A stretch of 64,000 nucleotides of DNA, taken from assembly GCA_017479885.1 (NCBI GenBank), contig JAFVBR010000022.1, positions 34,555-98,554 on the forward strand, given 5' to 3'. The position numbers and the translations under genes are program-made. Below are positions 55,621 to 64,000 of this stretch, one piece after another. Within the stretch, counting starts at the first letter, position 1; each line of letters opens with the position of its first letter. The stretch is from Paludibacteraceae bacterium (GTDB taxonomy: Bacteria > Bacteroidota > Bacteroidia > Bacteroidales > Paludibacteraceae). The notes under the pieces were generated by a model. The model did not search any database, was not told the origin of the DNA, and saw only the letters and a list, made by a program, of their open reading frames with translations.

Positions 55621-55641
55621 GCAGTTTTGACAATACTTTAT

Positions 55642-55674
55642 AAGTGCGGAAGTTTCGGCTTCTGCACTTTTTTG
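55642..55674 (+). terminator. rho-independent terminator after the antiporter gene
   Basis: Stem AAGTGCGGAAG/CTTCTGCACTT followed by TTTTTG. Confidence 0.7.
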
Positions 55675-55727
55675 TATGTTGTAAGAAAGCAAAAATGCTT
55701 GCCCTAATAACGGACAAGCATCTTTTG

Positions 55728-55812
55728 CGGAAAGTGAGGGATTCGAACCCCCGAACCCTTTCAGGTCAACGGTTTTCAAGACCGCCGCGATCGACCACTC
55801 CGCCAACTTTCC
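55728..55812 (-). tRNA. tRNA-Ser (anticodon UGA)
   Basis: Acceptor GGAAAGT/ACTTTCC, anticodon loop CTTGAAA, long variable arm, T-loop TTCGAAT. CCA not encoded. Confidence 0.9.
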
Positions 55813-55825
55813 TCATTTGCGGCTG

Positions 55826-55833
55826 CAAAAGTA
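55826..55833 (-). promoter_or_regulatory. -7 box TACTTTTG for tRNA-Ser(UGA)
   Basis: CAAAAGTA on the plus strand, 14 nt upstream of the tRNA 5' end, in the context GCTGCAAAAGTA. Confidence 0.6.
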
Positions 55834-56037
55834 CAGCAAATTTCTGAAATGTGCAAATCAGTTTGCACATTTTAGTGAAAAAGCTGTACTTTGGCTACAT
55901 GAGCACAGCGAATGTAGAAAAGTTTCTTGTTTGAAATGTGTAAATCAGTTTTTCCTATTTTAACAATTCGTTCCTGCTTTGCTTAAAGATTTCATCTCAT
56001 ATATAAGAAATATATATTAGAGAAACGGCTGCAAAGA

Positions 56038-56110
56038 TAAAAATAAGGGCTGTCTCCCGACAACCCTTATCCACAAAAATTAACCTTAAATCTAATACTA
56101 TGAAAAAATC
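56038..56110 (-). ncRNA. candidate ~73-nt small RNA (promoter box to intrinsic terminator)
   Basis: -7 box TATCTTTG (56117-56124, minus strand). Hairpin ATAAGGGTTGTC-ggga-GACAGCCCTTAT (56043-56070), then a U-run that merges into the next -7 box at 56032-56039. Confidence 0.25.
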
Positions 56111-56441
56111 ACGCTGCAAAGATATATAAACTTTTTTAATCATGCAACATAAATGTCATAAAATATAACTTTTCTTTACAAAATTCACTTTTTTGTGGTG
56201 TTTTATTAGCAATTTGCAATATTATTCATGCAATTTAATATTTTTTCATTAGTTACTCCTTCCCCTCCATTTTTTGTGGGTTATATAGTAGTTTTATGGT
56301 CAAATTATATGTTGTTGAGTGAAAATAACGGATAGTGTATTTCTGACTTCCTCTTTTCACCGTTTATTTTTGCGTGTCTAAGAAAGTTTCACTATCTTTG
56401 CACACTCAAAAAGCAAGTAATGACGAATAAGCAAGGCTGTA

Positions 56442-57731
56442 ATGTTGAAAGAGTTTCAAATGATAGCCAAGACCTTCAAGGGTCTGGAGCAGGTGTTGGC
56501 AGATGAGCTCCAACATCTTGGAGCACACGACATCAAGACGGAGCGTCGAGCCGTGTCGTTCCAAGGTGACAAACGCTTGATGTACAAGGCTAATCTCTGG
56601 TTGCGCACTGCTTCGCGCGTGCTCAAACCTGTTGCTGTCTTCCGTGCCAAGGATGCCGATGAAGTGTATGAAGCGGTGAGGCGTATTGATTGGGAACAAT
56701 ACATGTCGCTCGATACCTCCTTTGCCATTGATGCCACTGTTTATTCCGAGACTTTTACGCACTCGCGTTATGTCACCTACCGCGTTAAAGATGCCATTGC
56801 CGACTATTTTACTGAGCGTTATCAGAAGCGCCCGAATGTGCGTGTTGACGGTGCCGACCTGATTATTAACGTACATATATCGCACGACACGGTTACCGTT
56901 TCGCTCGACTCTTCTGGTGAGTCGCTTCATAAGCGCGGTTGGCGTACCGGACAGACTGCCGCTCCCATCAACGAAGCTCTTGCCGCAGGCCTGCTGTTGC
57001 TCGCCGGTTGGAAAGGCGACCGCGACTTGGTTGACCCCATGTGCGGAAGTGGCACTTTCCTCATTGAGGCGGCTATGATTGCTCTGAATATTCCTCCCGG
57101 AATCTATCGTCAGGGCTTCGCTTTTGAAAAGTGGAAAGACTTTGATGCCGCTCTGTTCGGCGAACTCTACAATGATGACAGCGAGGAGAGTGTGTTCAGT
57201 CACCACATATATGGTTCAGACACATCGTTTTATGCTGTGCGTGCTGCTGATAACAATGTTCGCAGTGCCAATCTGCAGAAATACATCTCTGTCCGCCAAT
57301 GCCCGATGCAGACCGTCCAGGCGCCTTCCCCTGACTGCCTGCTCATCACCAATCCGCCTTACGGCGAGCGTCTGGAGCCGAAGGATATAATGCATCTTTA
57401 CAGCGAGTTGGGCACAGCCCTCAAACATCATTTTGCAGGTGCTACGGCATGGGTTATTTCGTCCAACATGGAGGCATTGAAGGCTGTCGGACTCAAACCT
57501 TCAGAGAAGGTGAAAGTGCTTAACGGCGATCTTGACTGCCTGTTCTTGAAATACGAGTTGTTTGCAGGCGAAAGGAAGCAGTATCTGCACAATGCTGCCG
57601 GACAACCTGCCAAACCTCAGACTCCGAAAGGCAGACTCAAAACTCAGGCTCCCAAACAGCGCCAGACAAGGCCAGACAACCGTCCTGCAACAACTAAAAA
57701 CTCCAAACGACCCTCAAATAATCCTATATGA
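56442..57731 (+). CDS. THUMP-domain class I SAM-dependent RNA methyltransferase
   Basis: N-terminal THUMP-like region, DPMCGSGTF (motif I), NPPYGERL (motif IV), basic low-complexity tail. -7 box TATCTTTG at 56393-56400. Confidence 0.8.
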   Translation: MLKEFQMIAKTFKGLEQVLADELQHLGAHDIKTERRAVSFQGDKRLMYKANLWLRTASRVLKPVAVFRAKDADEVYEAVRRIDWEQYMSLDTSFAIDATVYSETFTHSRYVTYRVKDAIADYFTERYQKRPNVRVDGADLIINVHISHDTVTVSLDSSGESLHKRGWRTGQTAAPINEALAAGLLLLAGWKGDRDLVDPMCGSGTFLIEAAMIALNIPPGIYRQGFAFEKWKDFDAALFGELYNDDSEESVFSHHIYGSDTSFYAVRAADNNVRSANLQKYISVRQCPMQTVQAPSPDCLLITNPPYGERLEPKDIMHLYSELGTALKHHFAGATAWVISSNMEALKAVGLKPSEKVKVLNGDLDCLFLKYELFAGERKQYLHNAAGQPAKPQTPKGRLKTQAPKQRQTRPDNRPATTKNSKRPSNNPI

Positions 57732-58378
57732 ATCGTGTAGCATTGATAGTGGCGGGAGGCTCGGGTCTGCGTATGCAGACTGCAGTACCCAAACAATTCC
57801 TGATTCTTGCAGGCAAGCCTGTACTGATGCGTACCCTTGAAAAATTCTCGGGTTGCGAGATAGTTCTGGTATTGCCGGAACAGCATATCCCTTATTGGAA
57901 GACGCTCTGCAAACAATATGAATTCGCTGTACCCCACACGCTGGTAGCGGGTGGCGCCACGCGGGCGGAATCAGTGTTCCGCGGATTGCAATGTGTTGAT
58001 GATGACTCTCTTGTTGCTATTCATGACGGTGTGCGTCCGCTTCTGCCGCAGTCAATGATTGAAGAAGGATTCCGTTTGGCAGAAGAGAAAGGCAATGCCG
58101 TGCCGGTTGTCAGATTGTCTGACAGTATCCGCCTCATAGAGTCGGGGATAAGCAGAGCTGTCCCCAGAGACGACTACCGCCTGGTCCAGACGCCGCAGAT
58201 ATTCCGTGCCGGAGAGATAAAACACGCTTACAGAAACAGCAGCGCGGACATGTTTACAGACGATGCTTCAGTGTTCGAAGCCGATGGCAAAACAGTTTGT
58301 CTTTACAATGGTGACCCGATAAATATAAAAATCACAAGACCTACCGATCTGATTTTTGCAGAGTCCTGCTTATGCTGA
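57728..58378 (+). CDS. ispD: 2-C-methyl-D-erythritol 4-phosphate cytidylyltransferase
   Basis: ALIVAGGSGLRM...PKQFL. 216 aa. ATGA overlap with the upstream gene. Confidence 0.9.
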   Translation: MNRVALIVAGGSGLRMQTAVPKQFLILAGKPVLMRTLEKFSGCEIVLVLPEQHIPYWKTLCKQYEFAVPHTLVAGGATRAESVFRGLQCVDDDSLVAIHDGVRPLLPQSMIEEGFRLAEEKGNAVPVVRLSDSIRLIESGISRAVPRDDYRLVQTPQIFRAGEIKHAYRNSSADMFTDDASVFEADGKTVCLYNGDPINIKITRPTDLIFAESCLC

Positions 58379-59559
58379 ATATCAACGACTACAACTATCC
58401 ATTGCCCGACGAGCGGATTGCCAAGTATCCGCTTCCTGAGCGTGACCACTCGAAACTTCTGCTCTATAAAGACGGCAACATAAAAGAACATGTGTTCTAT
58501 CAGTTGCCTTCACTTTTGCCTCATGATACACGACTTGTGTGCAACAACACCCGTGTTATTCAGGCACGACTCGTGTTTCACAAGCAGTCCGGAGCCCGCA
58601 TTGAGGTGTTCTGTCTCGAACCTGTCGTGCCCCACGACTATCAGCTCAGTCTTTCCTCTACGAAGCCTGTCGAATGGAAATGTATGATAGGCAACCTCAA
58701 GAAATGGAAAGAGGGCACTCTTGTTCTGCCTATAGACGTGAAAGGCATGCAAGTTCTTCTGCATGCCGAGCGTCTTGCCACCAACGGCAACACCCACACC
58801 GTGCGTTTCTCATGGTCAGACCCTTTGCTCTCTTTCGCCGAAGTGCTCGACAGTGCCGGTGAACTGCCTATCCCGCCGTATCTCAACCGACCTACCGAGG
58901 AGAGCGACAAAGTGACATATCAGACTGTCTATTCACGCATCAAAGGCTCCGTGGCGGCTCCTACAGCCGGTCTGCATTTTACCGATGCCGTGCTTGCTGA
59001 CCTTGCTCAGAGAGGTATTGAACGAACCGAACTCACGCTGCATGTGGGCGCAGGCACATTCCAGCCCGTGAAAACCGATGATGCCGACAAGCATGTCATG
59101 CATACCGAAATTATTGCAGTGCCGCGGCAGGCGATAGAAGAGATATTGTCATCACTCGGTCATATATGTGCTGTCGGCACAACTTCTATGCGCACCTTGG
59201 AGTCCTTATATTATATAGGGATGCATCCCGAGAACCCCGCTGTGGGACAAACCGAGCCTTACGACAAGGAATACGTCATGCCTGTCGCCGAGGCGTTGCG
59301 GAACATCATTGATTATCTCGACCGTACAGGTCAGCAGGTGTTGCATGCCGAGACTCAGATAATGATTAAACCGGGCTACAAGTTCCGCATAGTGGACATG
59401 CTCCTCACCAATTTCCACCAGCCCAAGTCCACATTGCTGCTGCTTGTATCGGCTTTTGTAGGTGAGGACTGGAAAAAGATATACACTTTCGCCCTTGACA
59501 ACGGTTTCCGATTCCTCAGTTACGGTGATTCATCCCTGTTGTTCAGACATAATGATTGA
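58372..59559 (+). CDS. queA: S-adenosylmethionine:tRNA ribosyltransferase-isomerase
   Basis: YNYPLPDERIAKYPL, PIPPYL, AAPTAGLHFT, GTTSMRTLES, TNFHQPKSTLL. Confidence 0.95.
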   Translation: MLNINDYNYPLPDERIAKYPLPERDHSKLLLYKDGNIKEHVFYQLPSLLPHDTRLVCNNTRVIQARLVFHKQSGARIEVFCLEPVVPHDYQLSLSSTKPVEWKCMIGNLKKWKEGTLVLPIDVKGMQVLLHAERLATNGNTHTVRFSWSDPLLSFAEVLDSAGELPIPPYLNRPTEESDKVTYQTVYSRIKGSVAAPTAGLHFTDAVLADLAQRGIERTELTLHVGAGTFQPVKTDDADKHVMHTEIIAVPRQAIEEILSSLGHICAVGTTSMRTLESLYYIGMHPENPAVGQTEPYDKEYVMPVAEALRNIIDYLDRTGQQVLHAETQIMIKPGYKFRIVDMLLTNFHQPKSTLLLLVSAFVGEDWKKIYTFALDNGFRFLSYGDSSLLFRHND

Positions 59560-60316
59560 TACTCACGCACATATTGACGACCCGCAGTACGCTTCCGATT
59601 TCCTTGCATTCCTTGACGAACAGCGCAAGGCAGGTGTGGAGGCTGTGGTGGTGCCGGGTGTGAATGTCGCTTCTGTGGAGACAGTGATGGCTGTGTGCAA
59701 TATGGCACCTGCATTCTGCTTCCCTGCTCTCGGTCTGCATCCGGAAGACGTAAAAGACGACTGGCAAAAGCAACTTGCCCCTATAGAACAGACTCTTGGG
59801 AAAGGAGAATGTGTGGCTGTGGGGGAGATTGGACTTGACTATTATTGGGACAAAACCTACATCAGACAGCAGAAAGAAGCTCTTGCCGCACAGCTGGAGT
59901 TGGCTCTTCAACTCAATCTACCTGTGCTCTTGCATAATCGCGATGCAACAGAAGATATGTTGCAGATGCTCCTGCCTTTCTCTAAAAGAGGACTCAAGGG
60001 AGTGATGCACTGCTTCACCGGCAGTCGCGAAACGGCGGAAAGAATACTGAAAATGGGGCTGTTCCTGGGTATAGGCGGAGTCCTGACATTCAAAAACTCG
60101 CATCTGCCGGATACTCTCAGGGATATCCCGCTTGAGAAAATAGTGCTTGAAACGGACTCGCCTTACATGGCTCCGGTACCATTCCGGGGCAAGCGGAATG
60201 AACCGAAATATATACGCTATGTGATTGAACGACTGACAGAAGTGTATCATCTGACGTATGCGGAAATAGAGGAGGTAACAAGCAGAAATGCACGCCTGCT
60301 TTTGGGTCTGGAGTAG
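59552..60316 (+). CDS. tatD: TatD-family metal-dependent hydrolase
   Basis: MIDTHAHID, GEIGLDY, LHNRDA, HCFTG, ETDSPYM. Confidence 0.85.
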   Translation: MIDTHAHIDDPQYASDFLAFLDEQRKAGVEAVVVPGVNVASVETVMAVCNMAPAFCFPALGLHPEDVKDDWQKQLAPIEQTLGKGECVAVGEIGLDYYWDKTYIRQQKEALAAQLELALQLNLPVLLHNRDATEDMLQMLLPFSKRGLKGVMHCFTGSRETAERILKMGLFLGIGGVLTFKNSHLPDTLRDIPLEKIVLETDSPYMAPVPFRGKRNEPKYIRYVIERLTEVYHLTYAEIEEVTSRNARLLLGLE

Positions 60317-60449
60317 ATAAAAATAGAAAAAAATAGGGTATGTGTGTGTATAATTAAAATAATTTTTGTAACTTTGCCGTCGGTTTCTGTGCAAACCATC
60401 CTAAACAACGCTGAACAATACTAAACCATCCTGATTTAAGGAAACAATT

Positions 60450-60537
60450 GGAGAGATGCTCGAGTGGTTGAAGAGGCACGCCTGGAAAGCGTGTAAACCT
60501 CAAAAGGGTTTCCGGGGTTCGAATCCCCGTCTCTCCG
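60450..60537 (+). tRNA. tRNA-Ser (anticodon GGA)
   Basis: Acceptor GGAGAGA/TCTCTCC, anticodon loop CTGGAAA, long variable arm, T-loop TTCGAAT. CCA not encoded. -7 box TAACTTTG at 60369-60376. Confidence 0.9.
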
Positions 60538-60582
60538 CAAAGAAAATAACAAACAATATAATAACTAAAAAAACACAAAAAC

Positions 60583-61398
60583 ATGAAAAAAGTATTTGCT
60601 ACCCTTACGGTTGTTGCTATGCTTGCTTTTGGCGGCAATGCAATGGTAATGGCTCAAGATGCTGCAGCTCCTGCAGCTGAGGAAACTACTCAAGTTGACG
60701 AACAGGCTCCTGCTGAGGAAGTGGTTGAAGCTGCTGAAGTTGAAGAAGGCGGCTTGGTTGCACTTCACAAGACTCTGAAAACCAAATTTATCGAAGGTGG
60801 TGCAGGCTTCATGGCTGCTACCCTCCTCTGCTTGGTGTTCGGTCTGGCTCTCTGCATCGAGCGTATCATTTATCTCAGTCTTTCAAAAACCAACACCAAG
60901 GCTCTCCTGAAGAATGTCGAAGACGCTCTCAAGAACGGCGGTATCGAGAAAGCTATGGAGGTTTGCCGTGAGACACGCGGACCGGTGGCAAGTATCTTCT
61001 ATCAGGGCCTGAGCCGCTACAACGAAGGCGTTGACGTTGTTGAGAAAACCGTCGCTTCCTATGGTGGCGTTCAGCTCGGTCTCCTCGAGAAAAACCTCTC
61101 ATGGATTACCCTCTTCATCGCTATCGCTCCCTCCTTGGGATTCTTGGGAACCATCATCGGTATGATCGAAGCATTCGACAAAATCCAGCAGGTTGGTGAT
61201 ATCTCGGCTACCGTTGTTGCCGGTGGTATCAAGGTCGCTCTGTTGACCACGTTGCTCGGTCTTATCATCGCTATCGTTCTCCAAATCTTCTACAACTACA
61301 TCCTTTCACTCGTTGAAGGTCTTGTTAACGAAATGGAAGACGCTTCCATCTCGCTGCTTGACATCGTGGTTGAATACGACAAGAGCCAGAAGAAATAA
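60583..61398 (+). CDS. exbB: MotA/TolQ/ExbB proton-channel protein
   Basis: Signal/acidic N-region, 3 TM, IAIAPSLGFLGTIIGMI...ALLTTLLGL. Confidence 0.85.
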   Translation: MKKVFATLTVVAMLAFGGNAMVMAQDAAAPAAEETTQVDEQAPAEEVVEAAEVEEGGLVALHKTLKTKFIEGGAGFMAATLLCLVFGLALCIERIIYLSLSKTNTKALLKNVEDALKNGGIEKAMEVCRETRGPVASIFYQGLSRYNEGVDVVEKTVASYGGVQLGLLEKNLSWITLFIAIAPSLGFLGTIIGMIEAFDKIQQVGDISATVVAGGIKVALLTTLLGLIIAIVLQIFYNYILSLVEGLVNEMEDASISLLDIVVEYDKSQKK

Positions 61399-61462
61399 TT
61401 GCGGTTGCTTGGGCAAACGTTAAACATTAAAACGTTAAACATTTAACAAAAAGTACACTGCA

Positions 61463-61942
61463 ATGAAAAATCTGAATTTAATCCCCAAAATCACTCTCTG
61501 GGTGCTTCTGGCACTCGGTATTGTGGCTTCCGTCATGTTCTATGCCGGAGGTAACGAGGCTCAGGGATTGGAGGTTGCAGGCGACATGCTCAACGTGCCT
61601 GTGTTCACCGGTCTCTTCCTCAACTGGAACTACATACTGCTTGCAATCGCAATCTGTGTTACCATCTGTGCAGTTGTCGCAAGTTTCGTACTCAAATTCC
61701 AAATGAACAAGAAGAAAGCCCTTGCTACACTGGGTGTTGTTTGCGGCTTTGTTCTCGTGGTAGTTGTCTGCTGGTTCCTCGGTAGCCCCGAGAAAGTCAA
61801 CATTATCGGCTACGAAGGTACCGATAACGTAGGCGCTATGGCTCAGATGACGGACGCCATTATGTATTTGACCTACATCCTGCTTTGCGGCGTTGTATGC
61901 GCTATCTGCTGGGGTGCTGTTTATACACGCATTAAAAAATAA
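61463..61942 (+). CDS. hypothetical 4-TM membrane protein within the ExbBD cluster
   Basis: 159 aa, four hydrophobic helices. Position typical of Bacteroidota exbB-x-exbD-exbD clusters. Confidence 0.55.
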   Translation: MKNLNLIPKITLWVLLALGIVASVMFYAGGNEAQGLEVAGDMLNVPVFTGLFLNWNYILLAIAICVTICAVVASFVLKFQMNKKKALATLGVVCGFVLVVVVCWFLGSPEKVNIIGYEGTDNVGAMAQMTDAIMYLTYILLCGVVCAICWGAVYTRIKK

Positions 61943-61947
61943 CGACT

Positions 61948-62541
61948 ATGGCAGGAGGAAAGAAGAAAGTTCCGGCTTTGAATGCCAGCTCTATGGCTGA
62001 CATCTCTTTCCTGTTGCTTATATTCTTCCTGGTTACTACCTCGATGGATGTGAGCCAGGGTCTCGCACGACGTCTCCCTGCTCCTATCCCACCTGATCAG
62101 AAAATTGAGGATACCGATATCAACAAGCGCAACCTGTTCGTTGTGAAAATCAACTCCATGAACCAGTTGCTTGTTCAAGGTCAGGAAATGAATGTAAGAC
62201 AACTGAAAGAGAAAGCCAAGGAGTTCATACAGAACCCCAATGACGACCCCAATCTACCCAAGGTGTTTACCGAGGATTTTGGTGAGCCGTTCGGTATGGT
62301 GGCTTATACTCCCGACCACGTTATTTCCGTGCAGAACGACGTTGACACACAGTATCAGGCATATCTCGATGTGCAAAACGAACTGGTGGCTGCATACAAC
62401 GAACTGCGCGAAGAGTGCGCACAGAAGTATTGTCACAAAAGTTTCAACGAGCTTGACGAGGAGACTCAGAAGGTAATCCAAAAGATTTACCCGCAGAAGA
62501 TTTCCGAGGCTGAGCCTAAAAACTATGGAGGAAGCAAGTAA
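61948..62541 (+). CDS. exbD: ExbD/TolR biopolymer transport protein
   Basis: N-terminal SMADISFLLLIFFLVTT TM helix, then a periplasmic domain. Confidence 0.8.
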   Translation: MAGGKKKVPALNASSMADISFLLLIFFLVTTSMDVSQGLARRLPAPIPPDQKIEDTDINKRNLFVVKINSMNQLLVQGQEMNVRQLKEKAKEFIQNPNDDPNLPKVFTEDFGEPFGMVAYTPDHVISVQNDVDTQYQAYLDVQNELVAAYNELREECAQKYCHKSFNELDEETQKVIQKIYPQKISEAEPKNYGGSK

Positions 62542-63011
62542 TGGCTAAGATTCGTCGTAATGAAAAGAAAGAGATGCCGGCGCTCAACACGTCGTCACTC
62601 CCCGATATCATCTTCATGCTCTTGTTCTTCTTCATGACTGTTACTTCTATGAAGGAGGTCAGCTATAAGGTCCGTTTCACCGTGCCGCAGGCTACCGAAC
62701 TCACCAAGATGGAGAAGAAGTCGCTTGTGCGCTATATCTACGTCGGTACCCCTACCGAGGAGTTCCGCAAACAATATGGTGCAGAAACACGTATCCAGCT
62801 TGACGATGCCTTTGCCGAGGTCAGCGAGATAGAAAACTATATAGTTAACGAGCGTTCTGCTATGCAGGAGTCCGACCAGGGACAGATGACCGTTTCTATC
62901 AAGGCTGATTCCAATACACGCATGGGTGTTATTGCTGACATCAAGCAGGCACTTCGTCGTGCATACGCACTGAAAATCAACTATGCTGCCACGCAGCGTA
63001 CTTCCTATTGA
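62541..63011 (+). CDS. exbD: ExbD/TolR biopolymer transport protein (second copy)
   Basis: LNTSSLPDIIFMLLFFFM TM helix. 156 aa. Start overlaps the previous stop. Confidence 0.8.
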   Translation: MAKIRRNEKKEMPALNTSSLPDIIFMLLFFFMTVTSMKEVSYKVRFTVPQATELTKMEKKSLVRYIYVGTPTEEFRKQYGAETRIQLDDAFAEVSEIENYIVNERSAMQESDQGQMTVSIKADSNTRMGVIADIKQALRRAYALKINYAATQRTSY

Positions 63012-63031
63012 TACCGCTGGGTAAATCTGAT

Positions 63032-63072
63032 AAAGAGCAGAAGGTCGTCTCAAGGCGATACTTCTGCTCTTT
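63032..63072 (+). terminator. terminator hairpin after the exbD genes
   Basis: Perfect 12-bp stem AAAGAGCAGAAG/CTTCTGCTCTTT. Confidence 0.6.
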
Positions 63073-63090
63073 CTGATAAACATCATATTA

Positions 63091-63159
63091 CACCCGTGTA
63101 ACACCACCGTACTATCACCGTACTATCACCGTAATATCACCGTACTATCACCGTAACTT
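63091..63159. repeat. 11-bp phased tandem repeat, 5-6 units (CACCGTACTAT)
   Basis: cacccgtgtaa(cac) caccgtactat caccgtactat caccgtaatat caccgtactat caccgtaactt, ending 17 nt before the ATG at 63176. Confidence 0.9.
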
Positions 63160-63175
63160 CAAATTAACACTCCTT

Positions 63176-63871
63176 ATGTACTCTGCTCTTGAATATCAGT
63201 ATGTCATCTACGGACTCTTTGGACTCCTCACACTTGTCAGTTGGCTCGTGCAAAAGTCTCTTGAACAGAAGTTTAAAAAGTTCAGCCAACAACCCCTGCC
63301 TCTCACGGGCAGACAGGTCGCAGAGAAAATGCTCCGTGACAACGGAATATTTGATGTTGAGGTGGTCTCTGTGCAAGGACAGCTTACTGACCACTACAAT
63401 CCTGCCGACAAAACCGTCAACCTTTCCGACGCTGTCTTCGAACAAGCTAATGTCGCAGCTGCGGCAGTGGCGGCACACGAGTGCGGACATGCAGTACAGC
63501 ATCAGAAGGAATACGCTCCGCTCCGTCTCAGGTCTGCTCTCGTCCCGGCTGTAAGCTTCTCATCCAAGTATATGCCATGGATTCTGCTCGCCGGAGTGCT
63601 CCTTGTTAACCTCTCCGTTATTCCGCTCGGAGTGGGTATAGCCCTCTTTGCCGTAACCACTCTCTTCTCCCTTGTCACATTGCCCGTGGAGATAGATGCC
63701 AGCAGACGTGCAGTCCTCTGGCTCGAACAGGCAGGCATAACCAATGCGGAAACCACTCCCATGGCTAAATCTGCTCTGCGCTCCGCTGCTTATACCTATG
63801 TAGTGGCTGCACTCTCTTCTCTCGCCACTCTGCTCTATTATGTAGTTCTCTTACTCGGCAGACGAAAATAG
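63176..63871 (+). CDS. putative neutral zinc metallopeptidase (membrane, HExxH)
   Basis: AAHECGHAVQH motif. TM helices at both ends. 231 aa. Confidence 0.75.
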   Translation: MYSALEYQYVIYGLFGLLTLVSWLVQKSLEQKFKKFSQQPLPLTGRQVAEKMLRDNGIFDVEVVSVQGQLTDHYNPADKTVNLSDAVFEQANVAAAAVAAHECGHAVQHQKEYAPLRLRSALVPAVSFSSKYMPWILLAGVLLVNLSVIPLGVGIALFAVTTLFSLVTLPVEIDASRRAVLWLEQAGITNAETTPMAKSALRSAAYTYVVAALSSLATLLYYVVLLLGRRK

Positions 63872-63977
63872 TCGGGAGTTGCATATATGGAAAAATTGCT
63901 GTATCTTTGCAGTTGCTAACAATAAGTGATACTTGAATAGTAATAAATAACAACCAAAAACTGAAAACAAATAGCTT

Positions 63978-64000
63978 ATGAAGAAAATTTTACTTATTGC
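63978..64000 (+). CDS. 5' end of a CDS leaving the window (MKKILLI..., probable signal peptide)
   Basis: ATG at 63978, preceded by the -7 box TATCTTTG at 63902-63909. Only 7 codons visible. Confidence 0.3.

Overview
This window is a 64 kb chromosomal segment of a Bacteroidota, most likely Bacteroidales. Supporting signs: TAnnTTTG -7 promoter boxes in front of many genes and tRNAs, no Shine-Dalgarno sequences, T9SS C-terminal sorting domains, BACON-repeat lipoproteins, a GldE/GldD pair, and an ExbB-ExbD-ExbD cluster. No searches or genome-wide statistics could be run. Family calls rest on motifs I recognise, and base composition comes from hand counts of a few 60-nt lines.

Most of the window is housekeeping. 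This includes rhomboid protease, HU, gcvH, polyprenyl synthase, ddl, deoC, psd, pyrE and sufB; a GH57/GT4/debranching glycogen operon; a mannose-1-P guanylyltransferase, dusB, cysK, PPTase, PcrB-like GGGP synthase, tadA and a 7TM-HD protein; and mutL, acpP-fabF-rnc, a CPA2 antiporter, a THUMP methyltransferase, ispD, queA and tatD. There are four intact tRNAs (initiator Met, Cys, Ser-UGA, Ser-GGA) and one aberrant initiator-tRNA copy.

The clearly accessory part is an AT-rich island at about 19980-29368, roughly 30-37% GC in spot counts against about 43-55% in the flanks. It lies on the minus strand and is built from tandem cassettes. Each cassette is headed by a copy of the same small signal-peptide gene 5' end, followed by a fibre-like repeat protein, a private lipoprotein and a T9SS-sorted protease (C10 in one cassette, S8 in the other). 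Two out-of-frame fusion scars are visible.

Other notable items:
- A candidate Cys-codon leader-peptide attenuator upstream of cysK.
- A GIY-YIG ORF sandwiched between two initiator-tRNA copies.
- A reversed-order Fe-ADH::ALDH fusion.
- An ORF split by a single in-frame TGA.
- A TIR-bounded MITE-like element.
- Unusual single-base-depleted, pseudo-repetitive 5' leaders with 11-bp phased tandem repeats.

No CRISPR array, rRNA, transposase or integrase was seen.
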